A stretch of DNA of 64,000 nt from positions 345,154,001-345,218,000 of the forward strand of contig OZ024741.1 of NCBI GenBank assembly GCA_964016885.1, in the 5' to 3' direction. The DNA is from Eledone cirrhosa. Taxonomy: Eukaryota. How positions within the stretch are numbered: the first letter of the stretch is position 1; the number at the start of each line of letters is the position of its first letter. This document shows, piece after piece, positions 11,903 to 26,212 of the stretch. Both the position numbers and the translations under genes were made by a program. Below the pieces are notes generated by a model. The model worked only from the letters and a program-made list of their open reading frames with translations, made no database searches and had not been told where the DNA came from.

Positions 11903-14900
11903 GTTGGTGAAGCCACGCTTCTTATCGCCTCCAGTCTTTTTCAACGTTTTACCTCGTTTTCAACCGTTCTAAACCTTTTATTCAAGTTTTAAATTTGATA
12001 AAAGTTTAGAAGAAGTGACCCACCTAATACAGGTGTTCACTAGTAAATAATACGGCACCCCTTTACGGGGTGTCGTATTCGTATTTGTGTAAAAATATAT
12101 TTTTGAAAAAATTTCAACATGGATAACACAAGAAAGAGAGAGAGTGCTGTCAGACAACACAGAGAGAGGGAGACTTTATCAGCATGTCAACAAGACAGCG
12201 TTCCAGCGGAGGTAAATATAAACGAAAATATTACAAAGGAAAAGAAGATTGTTACAGATTTAAAATTAACAAATATTTCTAACACAAACAACACCAACAA
12301 TAACACCAACAACATCACCAACAACAACACCAAAAATAACAGCGGTAAAGTCGAGAACGACAATAACAAAAATAACAGCGGTAAGGTCGAGAACGATAAT
12401 AACAAAAATAACAGCGGTAAGGTCGAGAACGACAATAACAATGACAATAGCAACAGCCACAACAACAATAATAGTAGAAACAGTATCAACAAAAACAACA
12501 ATAATAACAACAGCCACAATAACAGTAACAACAGCAACAGTGTCAACGAAAACAACAACAACAACAACAACACCAACAACTGTACCAATGAAAACAACAA
12601 CAATGACACCGATACCTGTAATGGCGATCTCAGCACCACCAGTAAGACCAGTAGCGGCAGCAATAGTGGTGCTGCTGAAAAAGGGACCACTTCTTTTGCA
12701 GGTGTCGCCCGAAATATCGAGACAGTGTTAGTCACAGAGGAGGAGATGGCAGTCGCAAGGGCCATGGTGACAAGAAGCGCAAATAGAGTCTCCCTGAAAC
12801 CTCCACCCGATTTTTTCAAGGACCAGTAGCTACGGACGGTGACTTACCGCACCGTAAGCAAAATCTAACATCGGGTGGAGAGAGCCACGGAGGCTCAAAT
12901 CCAAAAGGCCTTGGGGTGCGTCTGGGCACGCAAAACCCACATCACCCGAGGCAGAAAGTACGCCACAGTAGACGTACTTTTCGCCACCCACCAGGAAGCA
13001 AAGTCTCACTCTTTGGAAACCCTAAAGAGTGAGGAGATAGTCTTGGTTCCCTCCTACTGCGGGCAGAAAATTGTGAGGGTCAAAGTGACCCAGGTCCCAC
13101 TCGACGTGCCCATACCTTGGCTGGCCGCGTCTGTCCTTGCTGAAATCGAGAACAGGACGACCATGCTGCAAGTAGAAAAAATAGGGAGAGAGAACTGGTC
13201 AGGTACAGGAATGCAAATGCTTATACAAACTGACCAGGAATGTATCGACGCTATCCCCGATATCATAGACATCGAGGAAGGACTCCAACTCCCTATAAGT
13301 GTAGAAGGAAGACGGCCAAAATGTTATCTATGTGGGTCGAAGGGTCACCTCAGGGCCTTTTGCCCGCAGAAGACAGCGAAGAAGGCCCCTCTCCTTCCAA
13401 TACCTGGTCCGCTGCTACCAAGAGCAGGGCAGGCAACAAATGAAGAAGCCCCTTCCACGGTGAGTAGGAGGGCAACGTCCGTAGCACCCGTACCAAGGCC
13501 ACGGACAACTAAAGCAGCATCATCAGTGGCGGCAACACCAATAGCTACATTTGAAGTAGCTACACCAGCAACAAAATTGCCGAAGAGGGCTCCACTACCA
13601 CCACCAACAGCCGTGGAGCACATCCAGATGCCACAAAATCCGACATGGAGTTTGAGGCGGGAGTGAAGTGGCAAACGGTCTGCCACAAAAAAACAAAAAA
13701 GAAAAAAACCCTTAGATTCACCCTCCAAAAGCGAAGGCATACAAAGAGGGGTAAAGGCAGCAAGGAAACTTGCAGCAACACCACCACCATCACCACCACA
13801 AGCACCACTGACAACAACAACCACACCACCACCAGCATCACCAAAAACACCAACAACGCAAACACAACAAGACACACACACACCAAACAGCAACAAGAAG
13901 AAAACAGCAACAAAATCACCCCTTCCCCAAAAAAGTACACAGCCATAAACATGGCAAAAAAAAAGAACTCATACAATATATAAAACAGCACACAGACATC
14001 ACAAAAAAACTACTACACCCCACCAACACCAAGAACTCTCCCGACAAACATAAGCATCATCGAAATCTCAATAGAACAGTACAAACCTTTAAAACAAAAA
14101 TTCCCCAACGCAGTTGGAGACTTCAGAGGGTCGGTTACCAAGAGGATATACACTGACATCCTCTTGGAAACACCCATGACCAGCGAAAGGGACGGTTCTA
14201 CTGTCCCTTCACCACACGATCAAGTAAGTGACACTTTCTCACTTGCCCCTTTTCTCATCCAACATGGCCGTACTCAGAATAGGCAGTATAAATGCATGTG
14301 GCCTGGGGTCATCTTGGAAGCAGGGTCACCTGCTCAACGACCTCAGGTCACTAAACATAGATGTGGTGGCCATCAGTGAAACCAGAATCTCCGAAGCACA
14401 AGCCTTCGCACCGATCTTCGGCGGCTACGATGTATACGCATCTCCCAGCCGTCCAGGATCGGGGGAGGGGTTGCCGTCCTTTTTCGGAGAGGCTTGGATA
14501 ACGCGATACGGGCCATCTTCCTAGACCCAGAATGTAAGTCGGTGGTGCTGGACGTGACCGGCAACGAAGGCAATACTTTCAGGCTAGTAGCCGTCTACGC
14601 CCCAACAGGGGCAGGACGGCCAGATTTCTTCAGACGTCTAGAGACCTTTCTTGGAACGTCCCGCTCTTTAGTGTTAGTGGGCGACTGGAACGGTATCTTA
14701 GATGCACTCTGGGATCGTGTGGGGCTAGCGGATAGGGGAGGCGGGTGCAAGAGCCTCACCAACCTGCTCAGACGTTTTGAACTGTCTGACAGGTATCGAC
14801 TGGATCACCCGAATGTGCCAATGTGGACATGGACAAACCGCATCGGGTCATCCAGATCGTATCTCGATAGGGGTATTCTGCAGAGAACTAGATAAGGCTA

Positions 14901-17739
14901 GTATAAGTTGTCCACCATTTAAAATAGTCGACTACACAGACAACAGATTTGTGATCTGTGAGATCGACATAGACAGACCTCATAGACAAGGGCCTGGTTA
15001 CTGGAAGATGAACGCGTCTTTCCCGGCACGCAAAGCCTACAGAGACCGGATTAGCGTATTAGTTAAGCGGGAGTTGACGGGAGCGGTCGTCAACAAAAGG
15101 TGGTGGTTCGCCCTGAAAAGGGCAATTAAAGTAGAATCGATTAGGTTTAGAAAAGGAGTAGTGATAGAGGAAAATAGAGTAGAGGGAGAGCTAGTCAGAA
15201 AGCTAGAAGAGGCGTTTAGGACAGGCATCGCAACCGACGTGCTTGCGGCGAGATTAGCACTCGACCAATTCTTCAACGCAAAACACGAAGGCTGCGTTGT
15301 CAGAGCTAGAGCGCGTGCTCTGAAACACGAGGGGACAAAAGTCGTCCAATGGGCCCGGGTGACAGAGGCGCGACGTGGCAACAAAGCCACAATTCGGTCT
15401 TTGTCTGACCAAAACGGGTGCGTGATGCTCGAAGCCGAGCGGATGTGTGAAGCTTTTCAGCAGCACTTTGCTGAACTGTTCGGGAGCGGCGGCGGCCCGG
15501 ATCGGAGCATGGACTTCAGTGCATACCTCGACGGACTGCCTCGGCTCTCGACGACCGCAGCACAGTGTTGCGAAAAGCCAATAACAGCCGGTGAAATACG
15601 GGAAGCGATGGCTAACTGCACAAGGGGTAAATCGCCAGGTTTGGATGGTCTGCCCTACGAGCTCTATGCATTTATGCCAGACTTGTTCGGTAACCTCTTG
15701 GCAGACGTCTACTGCAACTGGCAGCAGAACGGGAGCATTCCCAGTTTTGTGAGCCGGGGAGCAGTGGCGCTGCTGAGAAAAAACCCGAACAAGGGGGATG
15801 TTATCGATAATTTCAGGCCCATAACCCTGCTAAACGCAGGGTTCAAGATTTTGGCCAAGGTGTTAGCAACGAGGTTGGCGCTTGTCGTCAAGGGTCTGGT
15901 GGAGAGGCGCAGACATGCGCCATTCCGGACAGATCCATACACGACAACCTCCACCTCATGCGATACATCATAGAGAGGGTGGTTAAGGAACCTGGAACGG
16001 GTGGGGCCCTGATCAACTTGGATCAATCCAAAGCATTCGATAGGGTCGACCATCGTTACCTGGCGGCGGTCCTCGAGGCAGCCGGTTTCGGGCCCGTTTT
16101 CAGGGGTTGGATCGCAGCAATGTACAGCGACATCTGCTCAGTTGTGAGGGTGAACGGTCACCTGGCGCAGCCGTTCAGCATCATGCGCTCAGTCCGCCAG
16201 GGTTGTCCCCTCTCGTCCCTCTTGTACGTATTGGCTCTCGAGCCGTTACTGCACAAACTGGGGGGCGATGGGGGGCGTCCCACGTGAACTAGGATGCGGG
16301 AAATCCGACGGCTTACGCTGACGACGTCATCGTGGTGGTGTCGAGCACTAGATAAGTCCAGATGCTCGACATCGCTCTCAAGGAATACGAAGCGGTGACA
16401 GGAGCAAAGATCAACCAGGAAAAGTCAGTAGGCCTGCAGCTCGGTCAGTAGGCCTGCAGCCTCACCGTCGTCCCTTGCTCCAGCCCAACTCTCACTAAAA
16501 TGGAGCGACTCCTCTTCCACTTTTTGTGGAAAGGACGCGCTCCCATGGTCAGACGATCCATCTGCTGTCAACACCCGTTGCGTGGAGGACTGGGCATGCC
16601 ATGGCTAATGATGCGCAAACATGCGCTGAGGCTGCGACATCTCTGGTGCTTCCTTGATGGTGAACAGGTGTGGTCGCCGTTCGCCAGGCACGTTTTCCCA
16701 CAGCTCGTCTCCTTGACGGAGCTGCAGTCCTGGGTCAGAAAAAGACTGAGGGATAGCGCTTGGAAACTGGAATGTCTCCAGGCGCTCACTTCCCTCTGCC
16801 AGCTGGGCACCAATATCAGTGGAACATCCACCTCGGCGTTCTATAGAGGACTAGTGAAGGGGAAGAGCGACGACATTCTCGGGCGTCGAAGAAGATCAGC
16901 TGTTTGCTCTCTTCCGGAGAACTTTCAGCCCAGGGCCTATGGATAACTTCCAAAAATCCCTGGCCTGGCAGTGCTACCGGGGAGCGCTGCCGGTTAGAGA
17001 TAAGCTCTACAGGCACGGAAGTGCCGTCAGCCGAGCCTGTCCGAGATGCGCGCAGAGCGACGAAACCGTCGTGCACGCACTCGTTCAGTGCCCGAGCATT
17101 GCTGACTTGTGGAGATATGTCGAACAGTTGCTGTCGCGTGTAAGACTGATCCGGTTGTCGACTGAGTCCATTATGCAGATGGTCTCGCCGTCTTCCTTTG
17201 AGAAGGAAGGGCAAGCGGTTTTCATCGGCCTGGTGGCCATGGCGAAAGAGATTGTGTGGTGGACAAGGTTAAAAGGGTTAAAGACAGACACTTTCCTCTT
17301 CGGCGAATCCCTAATTAACTTTTTCAAGTTTCACTTGAAGAAGAAAATCAGGGTGGAGAGGCAAGTGCTGCCTTCTAGCAAGTATGTTGAAAGGTGGGTG
17401 AATGTAGCGAAAATGGTCCGAGTGAATATACGTCTGTAATTTGAGAAATGGAAAAATTGAGAGAGGGCGCTTTCCCTGGTGGTCATGGTGGCCGTGGTCT
17501 TTTGTGTGGTTTTCGCCACGAGTAACCCTCAGAGGTTTCCCCCCTATTGGGGAATTTTTCATTGTTTCAATTTTCATTTTTATTGTTTATATATATATAT
17601 GTTTCTATGTCCTTTTTTTCTTTTCTTATATAAATAATAAAAATATTTACACGCACAAAACCCACATCATACCGTCCTGTACCGTCCTGTGCCGTGTGTA
17701 ATGTTTTTCTCGATGTCAGCCCTTGTGGCCAATAAAGAA

Positions 17740-17808
<69 letters not shown>
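11903..17808 (+). mobile_element. Near full-length decayed Tx1-like LINE copy C
   Basis: ORF1 from 12119 (Asn-rich, 3x NNSGKVENDNN, knuckle CYLCGSKGHLRAFC). ORF2 from ATG 14264 to 17439 in fragments. (ATT)n at 17740-17808. Confidence 0.92.
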
Positions 17809-17809
<1 letters not shown>

Positions 17810-20728
17810 CTTGAATCTCAGTCATTGATGTTAGTTAACTGGAAAGTCCGTTGGAATGAATATCAAGCCACTACCTGCAGCCTCAGATATTCAGGACGTA
17901 TCGGAGGGTTCTTGCTGTTCCCAGCAAGCATGCCTTTTGAAGCGTTCCAAACAGCGTGAAGGGGCCGATTTTCTTTAACCATCCCTGGAAACTTTTGGAG
18001 ATAGTCCCCAGTGCGCCTATGACAATCGGGATCACTTTGACTTCATGGCAGTTCCAAATCCTTTTTACCTCCCACTTTAAGTCCTGGTATCGGTTAATTT
18101 TCTCCCTCTCCTTCTCTTGCACTCTCGTGTCGAATGAGCAGGCCACATCTACAATCAGACACGATCTTTTTTCTTTGTCCACAACCACCAGGTCAGGTCT
18201 ATTGTGTTCCAGTTTCTTGTCAGTCTGTATCCTAAAATCCCACAGCACCTTCACCTGATCGTTCTCCATCACCGCCTCTGGCTTATGCTCATACCATTTC
18301 TCAGAATGTGGTAAATTGTTTACTTTGCATAGGTGCCAGTGGATCACTATGCCCATCACATCATGTCTCCAGCCCTTATAGTGGGTCTGGGCTAGGTGTT
18401 TACACTCGGATACAATGTGAGCCACAGTCTCCTCTCTCTCTCCACAGATCCTGCACAGTGGGCTATCCTCCTCCTTGTAAATATGGTGTTTCAACCACTT
18501 CATTTTGAGGGCCTGCTCCTGCGCAGCCATTAACATTCCTTCTGTAGCCTTTTAAAGGTCTCCTCTTCTCAACCAGTTCCATGTCTGTGGATCTCTAAAT
18601 TCAGTTTTCTCAAAGAAGGTACTATGAAGGGATTTTTCCTGAAGGCTGCTCTTTCTCCTTGATGTTATTTCCTCCTTGGACATCCCCTGGCCTATTGTCC
18701 CCTCCTTCAGTACAGTTCTGAGCATTGGCTCCTTACTATCAGTCACGTATTTGTGTAGGTTGTTTTTCTCCAATCTGAACACAGTCCTCTATGCTGATAA
18801 GACCTCTTCCACCCTCAGATCTCCTTAGGTAGAGTCTATCGACATCACTCCTCTTGTGGAACATGTTGTAGATAGTCAATAGCTTCCTAGTCTTCCTATC
18901 CATTTCTTTTTGTTCAGCAACATTCCATCTCAGAATTCCCGCACTGTACCTAATAATAGACACAGCTCGGGAATTTACTGCGCTTATGGCATTTCTGCTG
19001 TTCAGATGTGACTTCAACACGCTCCTTATTCTCCGAATGTATTCAGTTCTTAACAATTCCTTCATTTTTTTGTTCTTTATGCCATCAGCCTCCAGAACGC
19101 CCAAATACTTGTATCCTTCCTCAGAGTCAATTTCCTTTATCATCTCACCTGTTGGTATCTGGATTCCGTTACTTCTTCTCAACCTACCCCTCCTCATCAC
19201 AATGACTCCACACTTACTAATACCAAACTGCATACATATATCACTGCTGAAAATACGGACAGTGTCAACAAGCACATCCAACTCCTTCTCACTCTTCCCG
19301 AAGAGCTTAAGATCGTCCATGAAGAGGAGGTGATTGATGGTAAGCCCTCCCTTTCCCAACCCGTATCCTGCTCTCACTTTTCGCAGTACACTGGTCAGGG
19401 GCATCAGGGCAAGGACAAACAACAGAGGGGACAGGCTATCTCCCTGGAAGATACCTCTCTTGTCTGATGTTATCTGCCACCTTGAAGATCTCCAGGCTTT
19501 TGGTGATCCAAGAATGAGGCACCATGTCAAATGCCTTTCTGTAGTCTATCCATCCCATGGCAAGATCAGTGTGTCTTCTCCTGCAATTCTCCATTACCAT
19601 CTTATCAATAAGTAACTGGTCCTTTGTACCACGTGACTTCTTTCGGCATCCTTTCTGTTCGTCCGGTATGTGTGGAGGTGATGGTAGATTTCCTCAGACA
19701 CAATGCTCGTCAACAGTTTCCACATTACGGACAGACATGTGATAGGTCTATAGTTGGTAACATCATTACCCTTGATTCGGTCTTTCATTATCAGAACTGT
19801 GGTACCTTTTGTCAACAACTCTGGTACCTCACCTGACATCAAGCAGTCATTGAACATGGCTGTCAAGTACTACCAAGTAGTTTCCTCACCGTATTTGCTG
19901 TTGCTTTGAGGATATTGTTGCACTGGTGAAGGCTCCTCGCCTCAAGGTATGGGATGACTTTGTTTACCTTAGCTGTTGTTTCTTTTAACTTTTTCCTGTC
20001 TACAAATATTAGGTTCATAGGTCTCCCACTATCATTGTTCAATTCATATACCACTAAATTTAGGATGTCAACCGAATCTTGTCCTAGCCCGTCAGCATTC
20101 ATCTCCTCAGTGGATGTATCTCTGTTCCAGGTATTATTTATCTCAGTATTCAGATCATTGTCTGCTTCGGGTGGTTCCTCCGTTCTCTCGACCTCTTCAC
20201 CTTCATTTCCCACTGGCTCGTTTGCCTGACATACTCCACCCTCCATCTCCAAGCTAATCTCTCTGCTCAGTTCCTCCAGTTCCAGCTCGCTTATCCACCC
20301 ATTAGTTCTTATTACCCGAGCCTGCCCGGCCAATTTTTGTTCATCTAATTTAAATAGACCAATCTCGTTCCAGATGTTATGCATCTGTCTCCTATAGCCC
20401 CTCTCCTTGGGGTTACTTTTCAGGTAACATTGCATAACAGTTCTATTCAATTCTTTCGTCCAGTTGGTTCTGGTCCCTTTCCTTCTTCTTCTTCCTCCGA
20501 CACCAGCAGTATTTGGTTGACAGCCAGGTTCCTGCTGCTGAGCCAGGGAGCACCTGTTGGGTGAGAGTCTGTCACATGACGTTCTAGTCTCCATTTCACC
20601 GTTATTCGAACTGTTTAGGTTCGATATTTAAACACTCTTATCGAGGATTGGCGAATGTATGGTTACATAACCATCTGTGGATTCACCGTCTCCGGTGGTT
20701 GCGTCGCTCCACTTGGCTCTTGTGTGGC
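17809..20728 (-). mobile_element. R4/Dong-like LINE copy 2 with 5' end retained and internal deletions
   Basis: Highly similar to 3307-6577. N-terminal WTKELNRTVMQCY (Myb-like) from ATG 20594, FMDD RT motif and REL at 17883-18536. Deletions near 19461 and 19865. Confidence 0.9.
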
Positions 20729-21824
20729 ATTATCACCACGCTGTAGACGAACACAAATAAACAAACAAACAAACAGGCAGAAAAAAACCCCAAAAATGAA
20801 TAAGCATAAGTTTCATTGTAATGTAGTGTTCGAATGTCTGACTTAGTTTTTCCCTTCTCTTCTCTGTCCGTCCGCTTGTTTCTCTCTTCATTCTTATTTT
20901 CTTTACGTTTTTTTTGTTTTTGTTTTTCTCTGTTTGTTTTTCTTTTTTTTGTTGTTGTTGCTGTGCTGCTTTGGTTTTGATTTTTGTTTTTTCTTTTGAG
21001 TCTATCTATATATTTTGATGCCTTCCTCTTTTTTAGTAGGAATTCTATAATGTGGTGGCAGTGCTGTGCTAGCAGCAACTAGCAGGAAGCAATGGGAGAG
21101 AATAGCGGCGGTAGCGATACTGAGACAGTGGTGGTGGTGATGTCGATACTGAGGCTGTGGTGGTGGTGATGTGATCGTATTACTGTAGTGATGGTGTTGT
21201 AGCGGTGGTAGCAATGAAGGAGTGGTGGCGGTGGTGATGGGATAGTGGTAGTAATAATGGATGGGCGGCGTTGTCGTTACTGATGTCCGTTCGGTGAATC
21301 TATGGGGTTAGTCGCGTACATGTGTTGACATAAATTCCCTTAATGTTGGAATTAAACATTTTGTTAAAACTTGGGACAATAATAATAGTATTTATTATTA
21401 TCATTATTATGTTGAGATTGGTTGTGGTGGTGGTGAAGTTGCCGTTATCTGGCTGTTGTGTTTAGTGTACACAGAGAGGTGATGGCGTAGGTGGTGTATC
21501 TAGTTTCTGGTGTTGGTGAGATTGGTGTTGTTTGGCTGTTCTATATAGTGTAGACAGAGGAGGGGGGGGGTCTTCTTCTTCCATTTATAGCCATTTTCTT
21601 TTTTGAATATACAATGTACAATACAAAGTTGAATATTTGAATATTTGAGCCTTATAACAATATATTTGGGGTCCGAATTTTTTGGGGGCTCAAGCCGGAT
21701 GCTTTACGTAACATTTGTACTAAGATTTGTTATTTCACAAATGATTTAAATATGTTAAAAATTCAAAACTTACGGGAGCGATTTCATGACCTTCTACCAC
21801 ATCGTGCGTCTTCTTCCCTTATTA

Positions 21825-21883
<59 letters not shown>

Positions 21884-24673
21884 GGCGACCTACGTAGGAA
21901 ATTGTATCATCGTGAGCTCCGCAAAGGTTTGTTGTTTTCGTTTATTTAAAATTGCCATTTATGGAAAGTTTTTGTTGTTAACTGTTTATAAAGTCACAAA
22001 ATAGGCTTTCGGAAAAGGACACTCAAAAAGATTGGGGCCTTGAGCCCAAAATTTAAACTTTTATAATTATCAAACAAAACATTTCTTTGAAAAAATCATG
22101 GACGACTCACGGCTACACCAAGCAGCTGAGAGCCTTCCTCACAAACTAACACCTCACACCGACTACGTTAGCCAACACTAAAAATATAAGCAGTAGCAAT
22201 GATTTAAATTTGTCTCATGCAGACATTCATTTCCCGCCATTACCAATGACTGCAGGTGTTGAAGCCCCCCCCCCCCACCACCACCACAGCGACAACAGAA
22301 ACAAAAGACAAAAAGTAATTATCTCGTGACATCGAAATGGATTCACCCAGAATGGACTCTTCCACACCACTGACGCCACCACCACCACAACTGAAACTAA
22401 AAATAACAATAACAAAAGTAACAATAACAATAACAACAGCAATAACAATGAGAATAACAACATCGTGTCATTTGCCAAAACAGCTAAAAATGTGAAACAA
22501 TCCAGGTAACTCAGGAGGAACTAGATGAAGCCAAGAGAATGGCAAAGAAAGATGGGTACAGGGTCAGCCTTACCCCCCCCCCACCACCACCACCAAATGA
22601 AATGGAGCATCGGCGCCTATGCACCGTGTCTTATCGGACGATTAACCTAAAATCGCGCCGAGTGGAACGGGCATCCGAGTCCCAAATCCAAAAAGCTTTG
22701 AGGTATGTGTGAGCAAAAAAACCCACATCAGACGTGGGCAGAAATATGGAACCGTGGACGAGTCCTTTGGAACACCACAGGAGGCCAGAGAGCACTCCAT
22801 CGCCCCATTAAGAAGCGACGACTTCACACTCGTCCCAAGCTATAAAGATCAGGGTGACCCACGTTCCACCAGCCATCGAAATTCCCTGGCTAATGGCTGC
22901 CGTCCTCGCCGGCATCGAGGCCAACACCAAAATAATAGAAATAGCAAAAGAAAAACAGGAGAACTGGTCCGGATCTGGGATGGAGCTCCTGATCCAAGCG
23001 GACCAAAAAAGCATTGAGGAGATCCCAGAGGTAATAGACCTCACTGACGGCAGCCACCTCACAGTAATCGTCGAGGGCAGAAGGCCTAGGTGTGTCGTTT
23101 GTGGTGAAGGAACACACCTAAGGGCTTTCTGCCCTCAGGCTAAAAAGTTGAGGCCACCTTTCTTACCCACCCCAGTGACTCAACCATCAACACCACCAGC
23201 AGCAGAAATGGCAGCAACAACTGTAGCAGCAACAACAGAAGCAACTGTAGCAGCAACAACCCCAGCAACAGTAACAAAACCAACACTACCACCACCCAAC
23301 GCGCCAGAACTAGCACCAGCGCCTACACCATCCACCACGCCACAACCAAAACCAACGCCCGTGGAGGGTTTTCTACTCCCCGACCTATCGCAACTGGAGA
23401 GAGATTGTGACGACGAGGAGTGGGAAACGGTATCAGGAAAAAAGAAAAAAAGAAAAAGAAGCCAAAAAAGAAAACATCCTCTTCCTTCCCCCTCCAAAAA
23501 CAAAATACAGAAGGAAACAAATAAACTATCAAAGAAAAAAGTTAGGACAGCTATGCCACCATCTACACCAGCATCACCAACCCCATCACCACAAACACCA
23601 ACACCATCACCATCATTAACCCCAACACCACCATCACCAACACCACAAAAGTCACTAAAAAGCGAAACAGAAACAAACACACAACAAACGCAAACAAAAC
23701 AAAACAACCAAAACGATACACACTGCACAGCATTAAATTTGAACAACAACCAACTATTACACTACATCCAACACAACACCAGCATCACAGAAAAAGACTA
23801 CACAACACCCCAAAAGTTCACACCACCACCACACATACAGATCACTCGCATCACACAGAAAACGTACACGACACTAAAACAAAAATTCCCCAAAGACATC
23901 GGAGACTTCTGACAAGCACTCTCCAGGAGGATTTATAAGGACATCCTTCCGGAGGAGGCCACAAGCAGTGAAAAGGATGGAGAAACCATCCTTCCTCTAC
24001 GAGAAGTAAGGTAAGTGGTCTTTCCCATCTTTTCCACTCCATTTCAACATGACCTCACTCAGAATAGGCAGCATAAATGTGTGTGGCTTGGGGTCGTCAT
24101 GGAAGCAGGGCCACCTGTTCAACGACCTCAGGTCACTAAACATAGATGTAGTGGCCATCAGCGAGACCAGAATCTCCGAAGCACGGGCCTTCGCACCGAT
24201 ATTCGGCGGCTACGATGTGTACGCATCTCCCAGCCGTCCTGGATCGGAGAGAGGAGTTGCTGTACTTTTTCGGGGAGGTTTAGATCTCGCCATACGGGCC
24301 ATCTTCCTGGACCCAGAAGGTAAGTTGGTGGTGCTGGACGTGACCAGCGGAGACGGGCAAGCTTTCAGGCTAGTGGCCGTCTATGCCCCGACAGGAGCAG
24401 GGCAGCCTGATTTCTTCCGGCGTCTGGAGACCTTTCTTGGAACGTCCGCTCTTTAGTGTTAGTGGGCGACTGGAACGGGATCTTAGATGCACGCTGGGAC
24501 TGTGTGGGATTAGCGGATAGGGGAGGAGGGTGCAAGAGCCTCATCAACCTGCTCAGGCGTTTTGAACTGTCTGACAGGTACCGATTGGATTTCCCGAATG
24601 TGCCAATGTGGAATTGGACAAACCGCATCGGGTCATCCAGACCATATCTAGATAGAGTATTTTGTAGGGATAT

Positions 24674-24676
<3 letters not shown>
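21884..24676 (+). mobile_element. Tx1-like LINE copy D: ORF1 and APE only, 3'-truncated
   Basis: Begins directly after (ATT)n 21820-21883. Knuckle CVVCGEGTHLRAFC. APE from ATG 24049 is cut at a poly(T) tract. Confidence 0.9.
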
Positions 24677-24716
<40 letters not shown>

Positions 24717-25152
24717 TATTTTTTATTTAACATATTTTTTAATTTTTAATCTTAATTTTTTAATTTTTTAATTTTTTGATTTTTAATTTTTAATTTTTTA
24801 TTTTTTATTTTTTTTATTTTTTTTTAATTTCTTAATTCTTTATTAAGTACAATGACACCCTCTAAAGCTATTCTTTAAACGTAGATTAATAACCATTAAC
24901 TGATTCTAGCAAAATGTATCCTAAACATCCATATTTCTTTCGACTAAATAATTAAGTAATCTTACACTAACGATTAACAAATAAAATCGTAGTTATCTTT
25001 CCTTTTCAATCGTATAAATATTAAACTTAACTCAGTTAATTTAATTTAATTTAATTTAATTTAAAACATTCTCAATTATATTTACATAAAATACAAATCA
25101 ACATCCCTCGTAACTCATATTAAAACAACCACCTAAAACATGAACTACATAT

Positions 25153-25187
<35 letters not shown>

Positions 25188-25654
25188 TCTACTTAAAACA
25201 CTAAATCAAGTCCCTCGTAACTCATATTATAAACAACTAATAATTGTAAATTATCCTTTTAATAAAAAATACATATGCTATTAAAATATATATAGATATA
25301 TATATTTAACCCACTACAATATAATAAGATAAATACTTACAAACATAATTTCTCCATATAAATATATACATAGTTAAATGTTTGAATATATCTCCCCCCA
25401 AATTAACATTACATGTGGTCTTCCTGTATCTTTCCTTTCCTTTTTTCCTTCTTCTTTCTATTTTCTTCTTATTAAATATATATCTAAACTTTCCATAGTG
25501 TATAAAATAACGGTTTTTCAATTATTTACATATCCATTTGCATATTCATCCATAAGTTTGAAAAATCCGTTCTATATTATCACTACCCAGGGAATATTCA
25601 ACTGATAAGGTATGATTATCCTTGGCTATGTCAAAATTTATAAAACACTCTTTG

Positions 25655-25717
25655 TATTTTATCTGATGAAAGCGTACCAAAGTTTTTTGGTACCCTTGAA
25701 ATATATATAATAGAATA
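25655..25717 (+). ncRNA. Type I hammerhead ribozyme motif
   Basis: tattttat-CTGATGA-aagcgtaccaaa..tttggtaccctt-GAAA-tatata-TA-atagaata: stems I and II plus a palindromic stem III. Confidence 0.8.
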
Positions 25718-26212
25718 AATATGGTTTTATAAATATAATTTCCATTTATTTAATATCATTGTATATATATATATATATATGAATGAAGTAATTCCGTCGG
25801 AAAGGTACAGGAAAAATGAGTGCTCTATGTAGGCTACAGAGCTTATTAGTTATGTAATAAACAACATAAGATAATTATTTCATTTACCAGTGGTTTCTTG
25901 AAAGCAGATGTTGTATCTGTTTTCAGTCGTCAGAATGAATTTAAAAAAACATGGTGTTTTTATTAAATATGAATTTGAAAACAAAATTTAAGAAATATGA
26001 AAGTGAGGCTGAGAAGAAAACGGGCGAAAAAGAAGAGGGAAAAAGAATATAAAAATATATATATATAAACAATAAATATCCACAACGTAAACATACACAC
26101 ACTCAACCACGCGCAAATACTTAAAAAGTACGTAGACGTATACTTTTTCACATAGGTGTATATGCGTCTACAGACAGGGACATAAATACATACACATAAA
26201 ATTACGTGAAGT

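Noticed and set aside
20595-20728. Possible HDV-like ribozyme in the Dong-2 5' UTR
   Set aside because: Hairpins are present (caccg gaga cggtg; gtgga/tccac) but I could not build the nested double pseudoknot.
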